Below are positions 1 to 13,757 of a stretch of 64,000 nt of DNA, piece by piece; the stretch's first letter is position 1, and every line of letters begins with the position of its first letter. A model generated the notes under the pieces. The model saw nothing but the letters and a program-made list of their open reading frames with translations, was not told the origin of the DNA and searched no databases. The stretch covers positions 237,212,001 to 237,276,000 of the forward strand of contig OZ024740.1 of assembly GCA_964016885.1 (NCBI GenBank), in the 5' to 3' direction. Source of the stretch: Eledone cirrhosa (lineage: Eukaryota). The position numbers were made by a program, and so were the translations under genes.

Positions 1-1
1 C

Positions 2-316
2 GTCTGATCTTTTATTCAGCACTTTTCTCTCATCTACCTTCTTCAGGTATCGGCGCTTTTCGCTAACAGCTCTCAATTCTTGTTTGAGGGTGATCAGTTT
101 ATATTGGATAGTTCTGGTTCTACTGTTACCAAACATCGTCTCTATTTTATTGTTCACTCTTTGTTGGTGAGGAGTGAGGTATTTTTGTGTTTGTTTGCAT
201 GTAAGGAGCATTGTCACATATCCTATGTTTTTTCGTAGGTCAGCATTCTTTTTTTCTATTTTAGTTATATATGATAGTATTTTTGGTGGTATTTTGTTCT
301 TGTTATTATCTCTGCA
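2..316 (-). mobile_element. Non-LTR retrotransposon ORF fragment, R4/Dong-like (region N-terminal to RT), running off the window edge
   Basis: Manually translated stop-free minus frame not in the ORF track: ...[25 protein letters not shown]...[30 protein letters not shown]. It resembles the PP..IEKK...LRK / LKQ.L.A...R.RRY segment of R4/Dong-clade ORFs and abuts a TA microsatellite. Confidence 0.55.
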
Positions 317-318
317 AT

Positions 319-643
319 ATGTATGTATGTATATATATATGTATGTATATATATATGTATGTATGTATATATATATATATATGTATGTATGTATATATGT
401 ATGTATGTATATATATATGTATGTATATATATATATATATGTATATATATATGTATGTATGTATATATATATATATATGTATATATGTATATATATATGT
501 ATGTATATATATATATGTATGTATATATATATATGTATGTATATATATATGTATGTATATATATGTATATATGTATATATATATATGTATGTATATATAT
601 ATGTATGTATATATATATGTATATATGTATGTATGTATATATG

Positions 644-711
<68 letters not shown>

Positions 712-748
712 TATATGTATATATATACATACATACACATATATATAC

Positions 749-797
<49 letters not shown>

Positions 798-832
798 CAT
801 ATACATATACATATACACATATATACACACAC

Positions 833-897
<65 letters not shown>

Positions 898-930
898 TAT
901 ATATGTGTATGTATATATGTATGTCTATAT
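319..930. repeat. Compound (TA)n/(TATG)n/(TACA)n microsatellite
   Basis: Directly visible; source of the spurious Y/I/M/C ORFs. Confidence 0.98.
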
Positions 931-932
931 CA

Positions 933-1484
933 TGGTCGGGTCGTTGGCGACTAAACTGGCAACCCCACCAAGGTTTCTTGGTTAGGAGGGTGACTGGACA
1001 TCCTGCAGGACTAAAAACAAAACCTGTGAAAGGGCAAAGGAGCTCTTATGAGTCAATGGCCATCCAAAATCACCGGGAGAGACGACCCCTTTGCCTTTGT
1101 CAAGGCAGAATTCTAGGAGAAGGAAAACTCTGATATAACACCTGCAACCCTGATGGTATCCAATGATGTTGACTTGTTCTTCTTTTTGGTAAATATCATC
1201 TTGGTTAAGAGAGTGGGACTGGCTTTGTGCAGTGCCTTTGCTCACTATAAAAGCTTCACGGCACAGGCATTGCTTTATATCTGGAGATCTCTCTGCACTT
1301 GTCTTCACTTGGTACAATGGGCCCAGCACTATGTGTCAATAATTATCACAAGTGTAGTGTTTGTACCAGAGTTTTCAAGTTGCTGGCTTGACTAAAAAGT
1401 CACACTCGTTCAGCGCATCGGTAGGGGTTCTCCTACATGGATATAAAGTAGTGGCCGTACTCGAAAACGAGTTGGCAGCCACCA
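933..1484 (+). mobile_element. ~550-bp non-coding dispersed element ('element A'), copy 1
   Basis: Near-identical inverted copy at 59443-59996 with the same boundaries (TGGT...ACCA). Contains GGAGAAGGAAAACTCTGA, reminiscent of LINE 5'UTRs, and a subterminal ACTCG-AAAA-CGAGT hairpin. Confidence 0.85.
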
Positions 1485-1680
1485 TCATCATCATCATCAT
1501 CGTTTAGCGTCCACCTTCCACGCTTGCATGGGTTTGCACGGGAGTTTTCCCACTTGAGGCAAGATTGGTTGTCCTGCTCGTATAGGACTGTCTGGCGGGT
1601 TTTCTACGGCTAGATGCCCTTCCTAACACCAACTACGTTTACAGTGTGGACTGGGAGGTTTTTACCGTGTTACCTACACA
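1485..1680 (-). mobile_element. 5'-truncated RTE LINE 3' end with (GAT)n tail
   Basis: Matches the 3'UTR of the RTE copy at 56050-56445 (GATGCCCTTCCTAACACCAAC...TTTACAGTGTGG). Similar short copies at ~9460-9680, 29186-29340, 38690-38760, 39254-39660, 42452-42810. Confidence 0.85.
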
Positions 1681-1686
1681 TATTAA

Positions 1687-2436
1687 CTCAGCCGTTAATA
1701 TGCATAAGGAAAGTATATACTTTCAGACGTTCAATCATCTGGCAGGAAGGTATACGTTGCTGACAATAGCTAATAAGCTTGAAACTAGTACAGCGTTCCT
1801 TTGTCAGTGTTGAACAAACGAGCAATGATGGTTGCTAGACACTACGGCTTAATACGGCATGTTTGTTTACAAACACACCGAGCACTATAATAAATGTTCG
1901 GTGAACCCATACGTACATATATATATGTGTGCATGTATGTATATATATATACATACTACTGTGCGTCTGTATACATATATGTATGTACGTATACATACTT
2001 ATATTTAAGTACCAGCCGTACTAAGAGTGGGAAATGAAATTTCGTTTCATTTTTTTCCGTTTATCGTTTTCGGTGCACCCGGCCGATTAACCCACTCGAT
2101 ATGCAAATTAGGCTGCTCAGCCGGTAATATGCATAAGGAAAGTATATACTTTCAGACGTTCAATCATCTGGCAGGAAGGTATACGTTGCTGACGATAGCT
2201 AATAAGCTTGAAACTAGTACAGCGTTCCTTTGTCAGTGTTGAACAAACGAGCAACGATGGTTGCTAGACACTACGGCTTAATACGGCATGTTTGTTTACA
2301 AACACACCGAGCATTATAATAAATGTTCGGTGAATCCATACGTACATATATATATGTGTGCATGTATGTATATATATATATATATACATACTACTGTACG
2401 TCTGTATACATATATGTATGTACGTATACATACTTA
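1687..2436 (+). repeat. Tandem of a ~430-bp unit ('element C'), ~1.7 copies
   Basis: GCATAAGGAAAGTATATACTTTC at 1702 and 2131 (period 429); diverged relatives in opposite orientation at 57662-58832. Confidence 0.9.
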
Positions 2437-3048
2437 TAATAATTAAACATTTAGGGGTAACTCAAAGATTACAATGCTAGTATATGTTTACATAAATCTA
2501 TTCTGGTATCACATTGCATAGTTTACCATTCAGTTTGGTTGTGTTGGGTACTATTTCACACCTAAAATAGACATAGATAATCAAAGACTATAAAGCCATT
2601 TGATGCATCTTTAAATCCAGTATCTTTATAGTTAAGATAAAATGGTAATATTTAATAAATAGAAAAGGTTCATAAATTTAATTAAATACTACTTAAATGA
2701 AGTACTGGAGTTTATGTCTCTATTGCTAATACATCTTATTGAAGTACATTTTGAACTCAATACTGATTAGTGTCTGACACTATTGTGCTCTATACATTAC
2801 TCTTGTGTATTTAATGGTATTTAATTAAGTCTCTCCCCCCTTCTATAGGATAGTATTATCTATACCCCTCACTACCCCAGCTGCTCATGTTTTCTTCAAT
2901 GAATACTTATAGCAACATATACTATTGTTGGCATTAAAAAATCTTATTTCTCCTGTCATTAACTGATTAAGCTGTCAACATGATGTACATATGGCATTAT
3001 TCACAAATCTTAACATCCTCCACTTTATTCTCACCAATTGACATTGTT

Positions 3049-3397
3049 TTAACCCTTTCTTACAAATAGTTTTAACATTGCCTTACAACAATTTTATCAT
3101 AGTCTTAGAACAGTTTTATTAATGATTTATAACAGTTACAGCAGTTTTACCCTTTTGATTCTCCATTACCCTTCGATCTCGATGATATTAAGCTGTTTAT
3201 CTTAAGTTTTTATATATATTTTAAAAACTTTCAGCATACTTTTATGTAAGAACCTTTGTTAAGTTATGCTCCAAACACCAGAGAAAATTAATTGTATTTC
3301 TAAATCCCTCGAAATTCTTGATTTAAAAAAAAAAAATGATTTGTAAATTATAGATAGTGTCTGTGTTTCATTAGAGATGTGATAATGAAAGGGTTAA
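3049..3397. mobile_element. Degenerate piggyBac-like MITE
   Basis: Termini TTAACCCTTTC ... GAAAGGGTTAA. Confidence 0.55.
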
Positions 3398-4679
3398 ACA
3401 GTTTCACAATTAATAATACAACAGTGGTTTTCATGGCAACACTTTTGCCATCTTGTCCCTTGAGTGGAGCTGAGACATGCTGTTCAACTGAGTTTGTGGA
3501 GTTTGGTTTATTTTTACACTTTTTTTTCTTCTGTATTTTCGTTTTGTTTGTTTTTGGTAGTGGTAGTAGTGAGTGGGATAGTTATGGAGTGCAATTATAG
3601 GTGGTGGGTAGGAGGGGGTAGTAAGCAGGGAAGAATGTTGTGGCAGAGCGTGGAACAAAGGAAGAAGTTGTGGTAAGGTATGGTTTTGAGAGAGATGTAT
3701 GTTCTTTAATAGAAGGGAAGGAAAAGAGTGAGGAGAGGTAGGGAAGAAGTTTGTGAGCAGAGGGCAGTGGTAGGACAGAAAAGTGAGTTGTATAAGAGTG
3801 GAGTATAATGAGATAGTAGTGGGAATGTGAATGGCATGAAACTGCAAGGGGAAACAGGGTGAATGGAGTGAGATGGTGAGTGGGGTAATCAGAGAGTCTA
3901 TCATTGATTACTCTCACCAATTATTTTATTGCTTTACTACTATTGTTATTGTTATTTCTACTGCAAATATTATTGCATTGATGATGATGATGCTACTGTT
4001 TATTATTGTGTATTTGAGTCTAAAGACCATTTCACTCAACCTATAAGAAATAGCTGCCAAACTTTTCTCAAATTACCTCCCACGATCTTTAAAAAAAATG
4101 TTGGTATGATTACAGCTGGAACACCTTTGTTCATAAGTTTGTCTGTCCAATTAAGACTGACTCAAGTTAAACGACGACTATCCCATGTGACGTTTCTGAG
4201 AGGGTTGTTTTTATATAGATACTGGTCAGCTCTGTTTGAGCATTGAAGTAATCAGTCTAGCAAACGAACTAGACAAAGGTAGAGGCAGTTAATTTTTTCA
4301 GTGTTAGATGTGATGGAATGGAATGCACAATAAATTTAAGAAATAAAATTCAATTGAAATTATTTTTCTTGGTTTGAGCTGCAGTGTTTTGTCACTCTAA
4401 AAAGGAAAACAATTTTTGTTTTTGTGACTAATGAAATGTCATAGCCAAATATGAAGAAATATATATGAAAAAACATTCATGTTCTGTTGCACGATTTTCC
4501 TTATGAGCAACATTAACTCTGATTCTCTCCAACCATGAGCTTCTGATACTTTGAGCAAAAATATTTCAAAGTCAAATCTACTATACAACAACATTTCAAA
4601 GCTACTGAGTGGCAATAGTTGGATGTGTGCAGCACCAATATAGTGACTATGTATCTGTGCACCCACACAGTTTAGCGGA

Positions 4680-5100
4680 ATGTTGGTCAACAAGGGGTGG
4701 TCACACTTGTTGAAATCCAATGAATGCTAACTTGTTTGTAGTTGACACTTTTTTAAATGAAATTTTTGCCTTGTGTTTGCTGTAGCTCAAATTTTAATCC
4801 TTCAATTCAGTGGCCATGGTTCTTCGTTTAGGGCATAATCTTTTTCCAATAAGCATATCATGCATCTTTTTTCTGCAACCCAATACACCTATGAAAAAAA
4901 AAAAAAAAAAAAAAGAATATGTACATTATGCTTATTGGAAAAAGTTTACATTTTAACTCAAGAACCATAACCAGTAAATAGAAAGGATGAACTTTTTAAC
5001 AATTGCAAGCACAGAATAACATTTATACTAAAAAAATCCCAGATATTCAGAGTAACATTCATTATGTTTCAGTGAGAATGACCTCCCTTTGTTGGAAAAT
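4680..5100. repeat. Old diverged inverted repeat (~200-bp arms around a poly-A)
   Basis: CTTTTTCCAATAAGCATA vs TATGCTTATTGGAAAAAG; ATGGTTCTT vs AAGAACCAT; CAACAAGGGGTGGTCA vs TGACCTCCCTTTGTTG. Confidence 0.7.
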
Positions 5101-5364
5101 CATACAACAGATACAAAGTATTAACTATTTCCTCTTTACCTCCTACACCAACAAAGGGACACTGAGCTAACCATTTGATCTCTACTAACTAATGAGAGAC
5201 AAGAACCTGTAACAATTCTTTCCACCATCTTGTTCTTCAGCATTCCCTGACAGGATGACCAAATGCTCACACATGCATGAAACTCTGACTATCTGAGTAG
5301 CTATGGAGTAATACAGTACATATACACACTGATATAGAAGCCTATAAGAAACTCTATTATTTTT

Positions 5365-5545
5365 TCACTTGCTAAGAATAGCAGCCATATTACCCTTAAG
5401 ACATTCTCCATCTTAAAACGAAAGTATACATTGAGTAATGTAGTACTAGACTATGTTTGAATAAAAGAAATGATCACAGCTGAAATGGCTATGATTATAG
5501 GTATACTGGGTCAGGGTTGATCTGGAGCTGAATAACGATAACAAT
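5365..5545 (+). mobile_element. Old dispersed SINE-like repeat (CTTGCTAGAAATAGCAGCCAAAT...GGATAATGT...GGCTAAACAAC family)
   Basis: Degenerate copies also at ~9825-10000 (+), 15740-15840 (-), 17610-17800 (-), 29915-30100 (+), 32330-32520 (-), 33285-33450 (-). Confidence 0.65.
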
Positions 5546-5862
5546 TAACTACTATTACTTCTGCCAAGTTTAGTATTGTAGTCAAAAAGCTAAACAGTTT
5601 ATTAAAATAATTGACCTAAATATCAGAGAAGTCTTTGTACTTGCTGGTACAATACTGACATTATCATCCAACACATGCCTTTATGTGAAGGCAGCTGTTA
5701 AGATGCTGATGATGGATGCTGATGATGATTTCATGGAAGGTCAGCTATCTAGCAAGTTTCACTTCTTCAGCTTCCTCATTACACCGTGTAACACATTTTT
5801 TGTTCCCCCGTTCTAAGTGTCATTTCCTAGTTTGTTATATCCCATTATTATAAAAAAACACA

Positions 5863-6057
5863 GGGCGGTGGATTGGCAGTATTGGTAGAGGGTCGGACGC
5901 CATGCTTTGATGCATAGAGTTACGGCCCTTGCCATTCTGAGTTCAAATCCTGCTGAGGTTAACTTTGCCTTTCATCCTTACGAGGTTGATAAAATAAAGT
6001 ACCAGTAATACACTGGGTAATTGCTGGCCTTGTGCCAAAAGTAGAAACAATTATTAT
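5863..6057 (+). mobile_element. tRNA-derived SINE (Meta-like central domain), nested in the Chapaev element
   Basis: A-box-like TGGCAGTATTGG, B-box GAGTTCAAATCC, core AACTTTGCCTTTCATCCTTACG.GGT.GATAAAATAAAGTACCAG, (ATT)n tail. The domain name is tentative. Confidence 0.85.
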
Positions 6058-6269
6058 ATAAAAAACACTATTATTTAATCAGAAGTTTGGGTTTGTGGTC
6101 AGGAGTTTGATATTTTGAAATTTTCATATTTTTCAAGAAAAAACACATTTTTTAGAAATTTATCAGTTCATATAATTAAATCAACAGAGTATATATTAAT
6201 TTTATTACACAAGCTTATCAAAAGCAAACAAGTAAAAACAAATAACACTTATAAAGCAACTTATACACG

Positions 6270-7460
6270 TCAGAAATGACTGGATTTCCTGGATTTGCAG
6301 TTGTAGTCCAGGTCACATTCCCGCACTAGCCTCCAGATATAGTCCCCCATCATTTTTTCATTGTAGTGGCCCTGGTACCTCCGCTCTATCTCTTTCACAT
6401 CTTGGTGGAATCGTTCGCCTTGTTCTTCTGAGTAGGCGCCCATATTGTCCTTCAATATTTCCAGGTGAGCGTCCAGCATATGGAGTTTAAGCGACATCCT
6501 GCATCCCATGGCGCCAAAAGCCTTTATCAGATCCTGCACCAGTTGCTGGTAGTTTTCGACTCTGTAGTTGCCCAGGAAGCCCTTAACAACTACCTTGAAA
6601 CAGTTCCATGCTGTTCTCTCAATCCTATTGAGCTTATTGGAGAACTTGGTAGACTCAAACACCTTCTTTATCTGAGGTCCAACAAAAATTCCACCTTAGA
6701 TTTTGGTCTCAGATAACTTGGGGAAGAAGTCAAGAAGGTACTTAAAAGCGGCTGATTCTTAGTTGAGAGCCTTTACAAACTGCTTCATCAACCCCGACTT
6801 AATGTGCAGTGGCGGCATGAGCACAATCCTGGGATCAACCAGTGGCTCCCACATGACGTTCCGGGTCCCAACTACAAATTCTGTTCTCTGCTCCCAGTTC
6901 TTTCTATTGTAGTGGTCAGAGGTGGCTCTGCTGTTCCAAAGGCAGAGGAAGCATTGGAATTTGATAAATCCTCCTTGGAGTCCAAGCAGGAAAGCCACCA
7001 TCTTGAAGTCTCCAATGATTTCCCAATTGTACTGGTTGTATTGCAGAGCTTCCAAGAGGACTTTCACACTGTAGTAATCTTCCTTCAGGCAGACTGAATG
7101 AGCTAGAGGCAGTGTCGGGAACTTGTTTCCATTGTGGAGGAGGACAGCCTTCAAACTTGTGGTGGAGCTGTCTATAAATAGCCGCCACTCCTTGGGCACA
7201 AACGGCACCCCAATAACGTCAAACAGTCCAGGCATGTCATGGCAGAAGCAGAGGCCATCCCTAAGAGTGTAAAAGCCTGAGAAAGGTTCGTGTCGACTTC
7301 TCTGACTTGTCACCTGCACTTCCTCCTTGACCAAGTTCCACTGCTTCATCCTGGAGACGAATAGCTCTGCATTGGACTTGGTCAGACCCATATCCCTGAC
7401 CAAGTCATTGACTTCTTTTTGGTTTGGGAAGTGAGGAACTTTTTCTGGTACCCCAGTATC
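6270..7460 (-). pseudogene. Chapaev3-type transposase, C-terminal part with two in-frame TAA stops
   Basis: Motifs LFIDSS..SLKAVLLHNGN, GDFKMVAFLLGLQGGF.KF.CFLCLW, PPLHIK.GLMKQFVKAL, GIFVGPQI, MSLKLH, SEEQGERFHQD. ORFs 6759-7490 and 6270-6662 lie in one frame, separated by stops. Confidence 0.85.
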
Positions 7461-8006
7461 AATAAGTCTCTTTAATCCACTTTTTAACAATTTTTATTGC
7501 ACTTTTATCATTTTCTTTAGGTATTACTCTTTATTTTATAATTTTAATTTAACCTGAAACATATATAAAAAATCATATAACATAAGCAAATTAAACTTAC
7601 ATACAACGTAAAATCCAGCATACAAATAATTCTAGTGAATAGCTTAGAATTTTTACAAACCCAAACTTTTAACTGTTTAATAGCACTTTTTTATTTATTT
7701 GAGAAAAAATTTTTTTTTTGTTACACGGTGATATCATGTCTTGCTATGTGAAACATCTGGAAGTATTGAAGATTATGTTGCTACTAGTGTGGACTACTAT
7801 CGAAACAAATCCAAAGTTTTCATATATATTTGACAGTTATTTTCTTTATTCATATTTGGCTGTTATATTTGATCACTTGAGATTATTCCAGAAGAGTGCC
7901 TTTGCAGTCAGATTGTGGCTAAATATTGTAAGAAACTATGACCTTGTCAGTGAGTGGTCACATCTTTTGACTACTGGTTAAGCTAAGTTCAAATATCACT
8001 CTAAAC

Positions 8007-8151
8007 CAGGCTTTGACAACCTTTTTCGAGCAATGGACTGCATACGATGTGGCTCATCATAAGGTGGGCTGTACTACTAAAAACTCAAGGCAATTTTGAA
8101 ATTAGACATGCCATTCAGAAAGCCAAACAGACTGCAGTTTGCCCATGACTG
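8007..8151. mobile_element. hAT-Charlie-like MITE
   Basis: Perfect 8-bp TSD CTCTAAAC (7999-8006 and 8152-8159); CAG...CTG termini. Confidence 0.75.
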
Positions 8152-9691
8152 CTCTAAACCACCAGCTTCTTGTCTGCTAGTCAGTACATTTACTTTATAT
8201 TGATGATGGTGTGTGTGTTTGGAGGGTAGGTGGGGATATGTAGTTACCATGTAGCTAAGATACTTAGTATGATGTAGGTCTCCATACCAATAGCCCAGTC
8301 CCTTTAGTTTTAAGAAGTGACCACATTATGGAATATTTCAATGTAGTGTCTATAAAAAGAAACTTAACTGTCAACAATCCAATATATCTAGCTGTAAATA
8401 GCCACTGCATTGTGGTAGAGTTTATTGTACTGTGTCCAAGACTAAGACACTTAACTGCCAAATGGCCCAGTTCACTAGTCTGTAGCCAGATAGCAACCAA
8501 TGAGAGAATTGTGTTAAATCACATGATTTATTGAAGACAGCAGTAAAAGCTTCCTACAAAATAAACTCCTACTACCTTGAGTTTTACATCCATAACTTCA
8601 ACTTCTAATTCTGATTGTGAATTTTTTTTTTTTAATTATTCCTCTAGAATTTGTAAAATGGTTACTTGTCAGATGTATTGAGTTTGTAATTCACTATGAA
8701 ATATTCATTTAGCTTCTGCTGCTTTTATATATTTGTTTTTGCTAGCACTCTTATACCATGTATTATTATTGGAGAGTACTTGTGGCATAGGAAGATATAG
8801 GGAAAAAGTGGCAAGGAAAGAGCTAAGTAAACTGAGCCTTACTAAGAAGATGAATTACTGAGACAGTTGGTAATATGATGTATGGCTGATTTGTCCAACT
8901 CATCGTGACATGGAAAAAATATGAGTGTTTCAATATTGTTTAGGATAATGATAATGGTTAGAAACATCCTACAGTAGAACTTTATACACCTTTTCCTGTA
9001 TTAGCTTCACCCAAACACCTTTCTCTTTAACATCATCTAATGATTTAACAGAAAATAAATAAAAACGGATTTATTAATTCAAATGGACAGATTATTGTGA
9101 AGATTTGCATTAGTAGAATAAAGACTTTGATTTTTAATGTGATGTAGTCATAGCACTGTTTTGTAGTTTTCATGACTTGCTTGCTAATGTGATTTCATGT
9201 GGTACAGGGCATTAAGAATATACCCTTACATCTTCATTCCTAAACAGTGTACACTAAAAGAATTTCATATCCATCCAGTGTAATGAATTAAAAAAAATAT
9301 ATATTTACCCTCTGCTATTACTGGAAACTCTTACAGTTCAGTTCACTACAGCTTTACTCAGTTTTTAAAACTTTAGGGCCTGTAATACAGTCATGTTTGT
9401 AACATGAAAAAACACATAGTTCACCCTATAAGATGGTGGTGCTGGGGACACAATGAAAAGCACCCTGTTCACCTTGTTAGATGGTCATTTTGGTGCTGCG
9501 ATAAAAAGTACCCACTCCACATTGTAACATAGTTGGCATTAGGAAGGGCATCCGGCAAAAGAAACCAAGCCAAAATACAGATCCGTATGAGCAAGACATG
9601 GTCATTTGACCTAAATTGTGTCATAATGTGACAATCCATGCAAGCCAGGAAATAGATGTTAAATGGTGATGAGGATGATGATAGGGAGTTG

Positions 9692-9747
<56 letters not shown>

Positions 9748-10779
9748 GCAGGTTAATTCCACTATAGGTTTCTTAGTACTACAAGGTAAAACAATATTCA
9801 AGCCAATACAGAATAGTTTAAATAATCACTTGACCTACTAGAAAAAGCAGCCAAATTTCCTGCAAATCCCTTTTTATTATCTTGCAAAACTGAAAAGACA
9901 CATTGGATAATGTTAATATGGATACACTTTAAATGATAGAATGGTCCTGGCTGAAAAGCCTTTGATCATAGATGTATTCAATTTGGTCAACAACAACAAA
10001 TTGTATCCTCATAATATCTATTAACAGCCATATGGACTAAGTACAGCAGTGAACTATATCTTGCCATAATACCTATTTACAATTATATGGACTGGTTTAT
10101 TGAGAGATGAATGTCTTCTTCAGACACAAAGTGCTGCTAAGTTGGAATTAGAATCTTCAAACTCTTGAAAAGCTGGCCAGTACTTTATCAACTTAACCAT
10201 CCACAACTCTATCATACATGACATCTTCCTTCCTTAAAAATACCTGGTTAGAAATTATGAAGTCACGATAAAACTATTTTTTACTATGTTTCATTGACAA
10301 CTCAAAAGTGTGGCTGTAGTTATTTGATAATGCAGTTTTACTTAATATCAGAAGTACATGAAACAAGCCAGTCATGATGACATAGATAAATGACTATTAG
10401 CTATTAAAAGCAAACATCCTCAAATCTTTATGGCTAAGCTATCTGACGTTCCCTCATATGACAATTAATGAACTTCTCATTAGCTAGCCATTAATTCCGA
10501 TAATTTACTTCTTATTTTCTTAAGATTTTTCATGTGAATGTGAAATTTGTCACTAATTGAACTACAGTTATATTTATACATAACTTCTTTATCTTTGTTA
10601 CATCACACTAATTAGACTATATATATATTCCATGTTGTAACTAACCTGACTATTGTTATACTTTTACAATATGTATCACGTCATGGTATTATGTCTTAAT
10701 AACTATATCTTGTTCTGTCTTTCACTCTCTCAATCTTGCTGTTGCTATTCAGTGAAATAGCAGGGGAAATAGTAATACT

Positions 10780-12055
10780 TTATTTAATTATTGAATTCAA
10801 ATCCTAATTTGGCCAACTCTGACTTTCATCTTTCTTGATATTGGAAAATGAATACTAGTGTTTGTTTTAACTGACTCACCTCTTCTCCTCAAATATCTGA
10901 CCTTGTATCTGTATTAAAATTCATTATTTAACTTTTAACATTCTGAGTTCAAATCCCACCGAGGTTAACTTTGCCTTTCATCCTTACGGGGTCGATAAAA
11001 TAAAGTACCAGTAATGTACTGGGTAATTACTGGCCTTGTGCCAATAGTAGAAACAATTATTTAACTTTTAACATCCCAAATGCATGAACCTCAGCAGGAC
11101 TTGAACTCAGAATGTAAAGGGCTGTAACTTTATGCTGCAAAGCATAATAATAATGGTTTCTGATTTTGGCACAAGGCTAACAATTTTTTGAGAAGGGGAA
11201 ACTTGATTAAATCGACCCCCAGTGCATTATTGGTGCTTTATTTATCGACCCTGTAAGGATGAAAGGCAAAGTTAACCTCAAAGGGATTTGAACTCAGAAT
11301 GTACCTTTTCCGATGCTCTACCGATTCTGCCAATCCACATAATAATAATAGTTTCTATTTTTGGCACAAGGCCAGCAATAATCCCAGTGCATGACTGATG
11401 CTTTATTTTATCGACCTTGTAAGTATGAAAGGCAAAGTTAACCTCAGCAGGATTTGAACTCGGACCATAAAGGGGCGTTGGATTATAATGATGATCTTTT
11501 CTAATATTGGCACAAACCCAGAAATTTAGTAAGAGGGGACAGTTGATTACATCCACCCCAGTACTTGACTGATGATTTATTTTATCAAGCCCAGAAGGAT
11601 GAACAGCAAAATCAACCATGGTGGGATTGGAATTCAGAATGTAGAGAACCACAACTAAATATTGTAAGAAATTTTGTCTGGCACTTTATCAAATTTATTA
11701 ATCTAACAATGATTATTAATGATTTCGAATTTAGACACAAGGCCAGCAATTTTAGAAGAGGGAGAACATTCATTAAATCACCCCAGTACTTGACTGGTAC
11801 TTTACTTTATCAAAGGAAACGGCAAAGTTGACTTTCACAGGATTTGATCTTGAACATAAAGAGCCAGAACAAATCTGGCAAAATCTTTTCTCCGATTCCA
11901 ACTCTAATAATTGTTTCTATTTTTGGCACAAGGCCAGCAATACCCAGTGCATTACTGGTGCTTTATTTTGTCAACCCCATAAGGATGAAAAGCAAAGTTA
12001 ACCTTGGTGGGATTTAAATTCTGAATGCAAAAGGCCATAACTCTTTGCTGTAAAG
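10780..12055. mobile_element. Cluster of about seven copies/fragments of the tRNA-derived SINE in both orientations
   Basis: Repeated GGCACAAGGCCAGCAAT / GGATGAAAGGCAAAGTTAACCTC motifs. Further copies at ~18380-18600, 28858-29090, 29590-29720, 38272-38460, 43915-44025, 45085-45220, 45430-45570, 53038-53145. Confidence 0.85.
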
Positions 12056-12749
12056 CACAGGTTCTCAACCCATTTAGGCCAAACGCCCCCTTTTGTCCCT
12101 CGAAATCACGAAATGCCCCCCTACCCTATTTTTCCATTTTTCAATATACTACTCATTTTGATATCTGTAGATTACTAAAAAATTGATTAACAATATTCCA
12201 AAGATACCATTGCAGGCAGCTGAGAGTATAAATACATTCCTTGAAAGGAAATATATAAATTTCAAAAGAAGGAACATAAATGTTCTTTTTTATGAATAAG
12301 GACCAGTTGAATTTGTTATATTCCCACCAGGCGATACCAGCTATTTTGAACCTTTATACAAGAGCAACTCTATCCAAAGACTGCTCTTATCTGGAAGAAA
12401 GTGGCAATTATATCATTTCAAAGCTTTCCAATTTTCCCTTTAATGAAATGGACAGAATAAATGTTGATATCTAACTTGATGTCCCCTCTGCTTTGTGAGC
12501 TTAGAGACCACGGAAGAGGGTTTTCATGACCACGTGGGAGGGTATATTTATTAGTAAATGGTAAAATATATACAACAAATGAGTAAGTGAATTGTAGTAG
12601 ATGGTTTCCAGTCCAGTCAGACTGCAACTACAAATAAAAAAAATTGTTAGTTTTCTTTGTAATAATAGCATATCTAAGTTTTCAGATAAATCAACTTACT
12701 TTAACTTTGACCTCATTTCAATGGGACCCTTGAACTTCATGGAGTCTAG

Positions 12750-13757
12750 CTAACTCTTTGACGTCAGGCTGGATTTTCGTAAGATATAGCCGGAGATCTC
12801 CACATTGTAGCGGTTGCGAGCCTTGCTGTGCAGTCTGGAAACAGCACCAAACCTCCTCTTGACTAAGTATGAGCTTGGAAAAGGCAGAGCAAATCTCTTA
12901 GCCTCTGCATGTAGGTGTGGAAATCGACGCTGAATTTCCTCTTGCATACAAAAAAGGGGTTCACCTATTTGGGGAAATCTAATTTTGATCATGTCATCTG
13001 CTTGAAGTTCAATGAATTCTTCCTGAAATATAACGTCCAAATCATCGACGTTAGCTATGAAGGGATCTGCTACCCACATTGGGATGTCCATCGGCAAAAG
13101 GTTGACAAACCGTTCTCTCATGTTGTCTTGTAGCGCACGGAGGTGAGCGGTATACATTTGGAGTTGGTCATCACTCACAATGTTTTGAACATTGGCGACA
13201 CTAGGAAAATTATAGAATTCCCGTCAACAAAGATTCCTTTCGATGACATTCAATTTGGCCAGGAATGTTTTCACAGCATTCCTTGTTTAAGCAAGGTGAT
13301 CTTCTTCCCCTGCAAAGCCAAAATGACGCTAATGCATTTGTCAACGATGTCGATGAGGTAGGCGCAGTTTTGCCTCATATCGAGGGTTTTCTTGTACGGT
13401 TCTGTGTTGCGTCCTTGCAGAAACTCAATGATAGAGTCGAACAGTTCAAAGAAGTGAGTAAGGCACTTGCCCTTTGAAAGCCACCTCACTTCATTATGAA
13501 GGAGCAACTTGACGAATTCTTCGTCATTATCTTGGCACAGTTGCCGGAAAATTTGTTCATTGAGGGAATGCCGTTTGATAAAATTGATGACTGCAAGGAC
13601 TTGCTCAGTGGCTTGCTGAGTTTCTTCACAGCCAAGTGTTGTCGATGAATGACACAATGAACAACAAATACAGATAGATTTTCTCTCTTCAGAAGAGTGA
13701 CGAAACCCTTATGTTGGCCGACCATTGCTCTTGCGTCGTCCGTAGCACATGATACAA
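12750..13757 (-). pseudogene. Frameshifted Buster/Charlie-type hAT transposase
   Basis: Motifs SCATDDARAMVG, HCVIHRQHL, LLLHNEVRWLSKGKCL, AYLIDI, LQG and LPFPSSYLV are spread over several reading frames. Confidence 0.88.

Larger units (their letters stand above)
5782..7730 (-). mobile_element. Chapaev3-like (CMC superfamily) DNA transposon, internally deleted
   Basis: TIRs CACCGTGTAACA (5782) and TGTTACACGGTG (7730), flanked by TTA/ATA; encloses a transposase pseudogene and a nested SINE. Confidence 0.85.

Noticed and set aside
1153-1395. 80-aa ORF conserved in both element A copies
   Set aside because: Conservation is explained by recent duplication; no domain signal.
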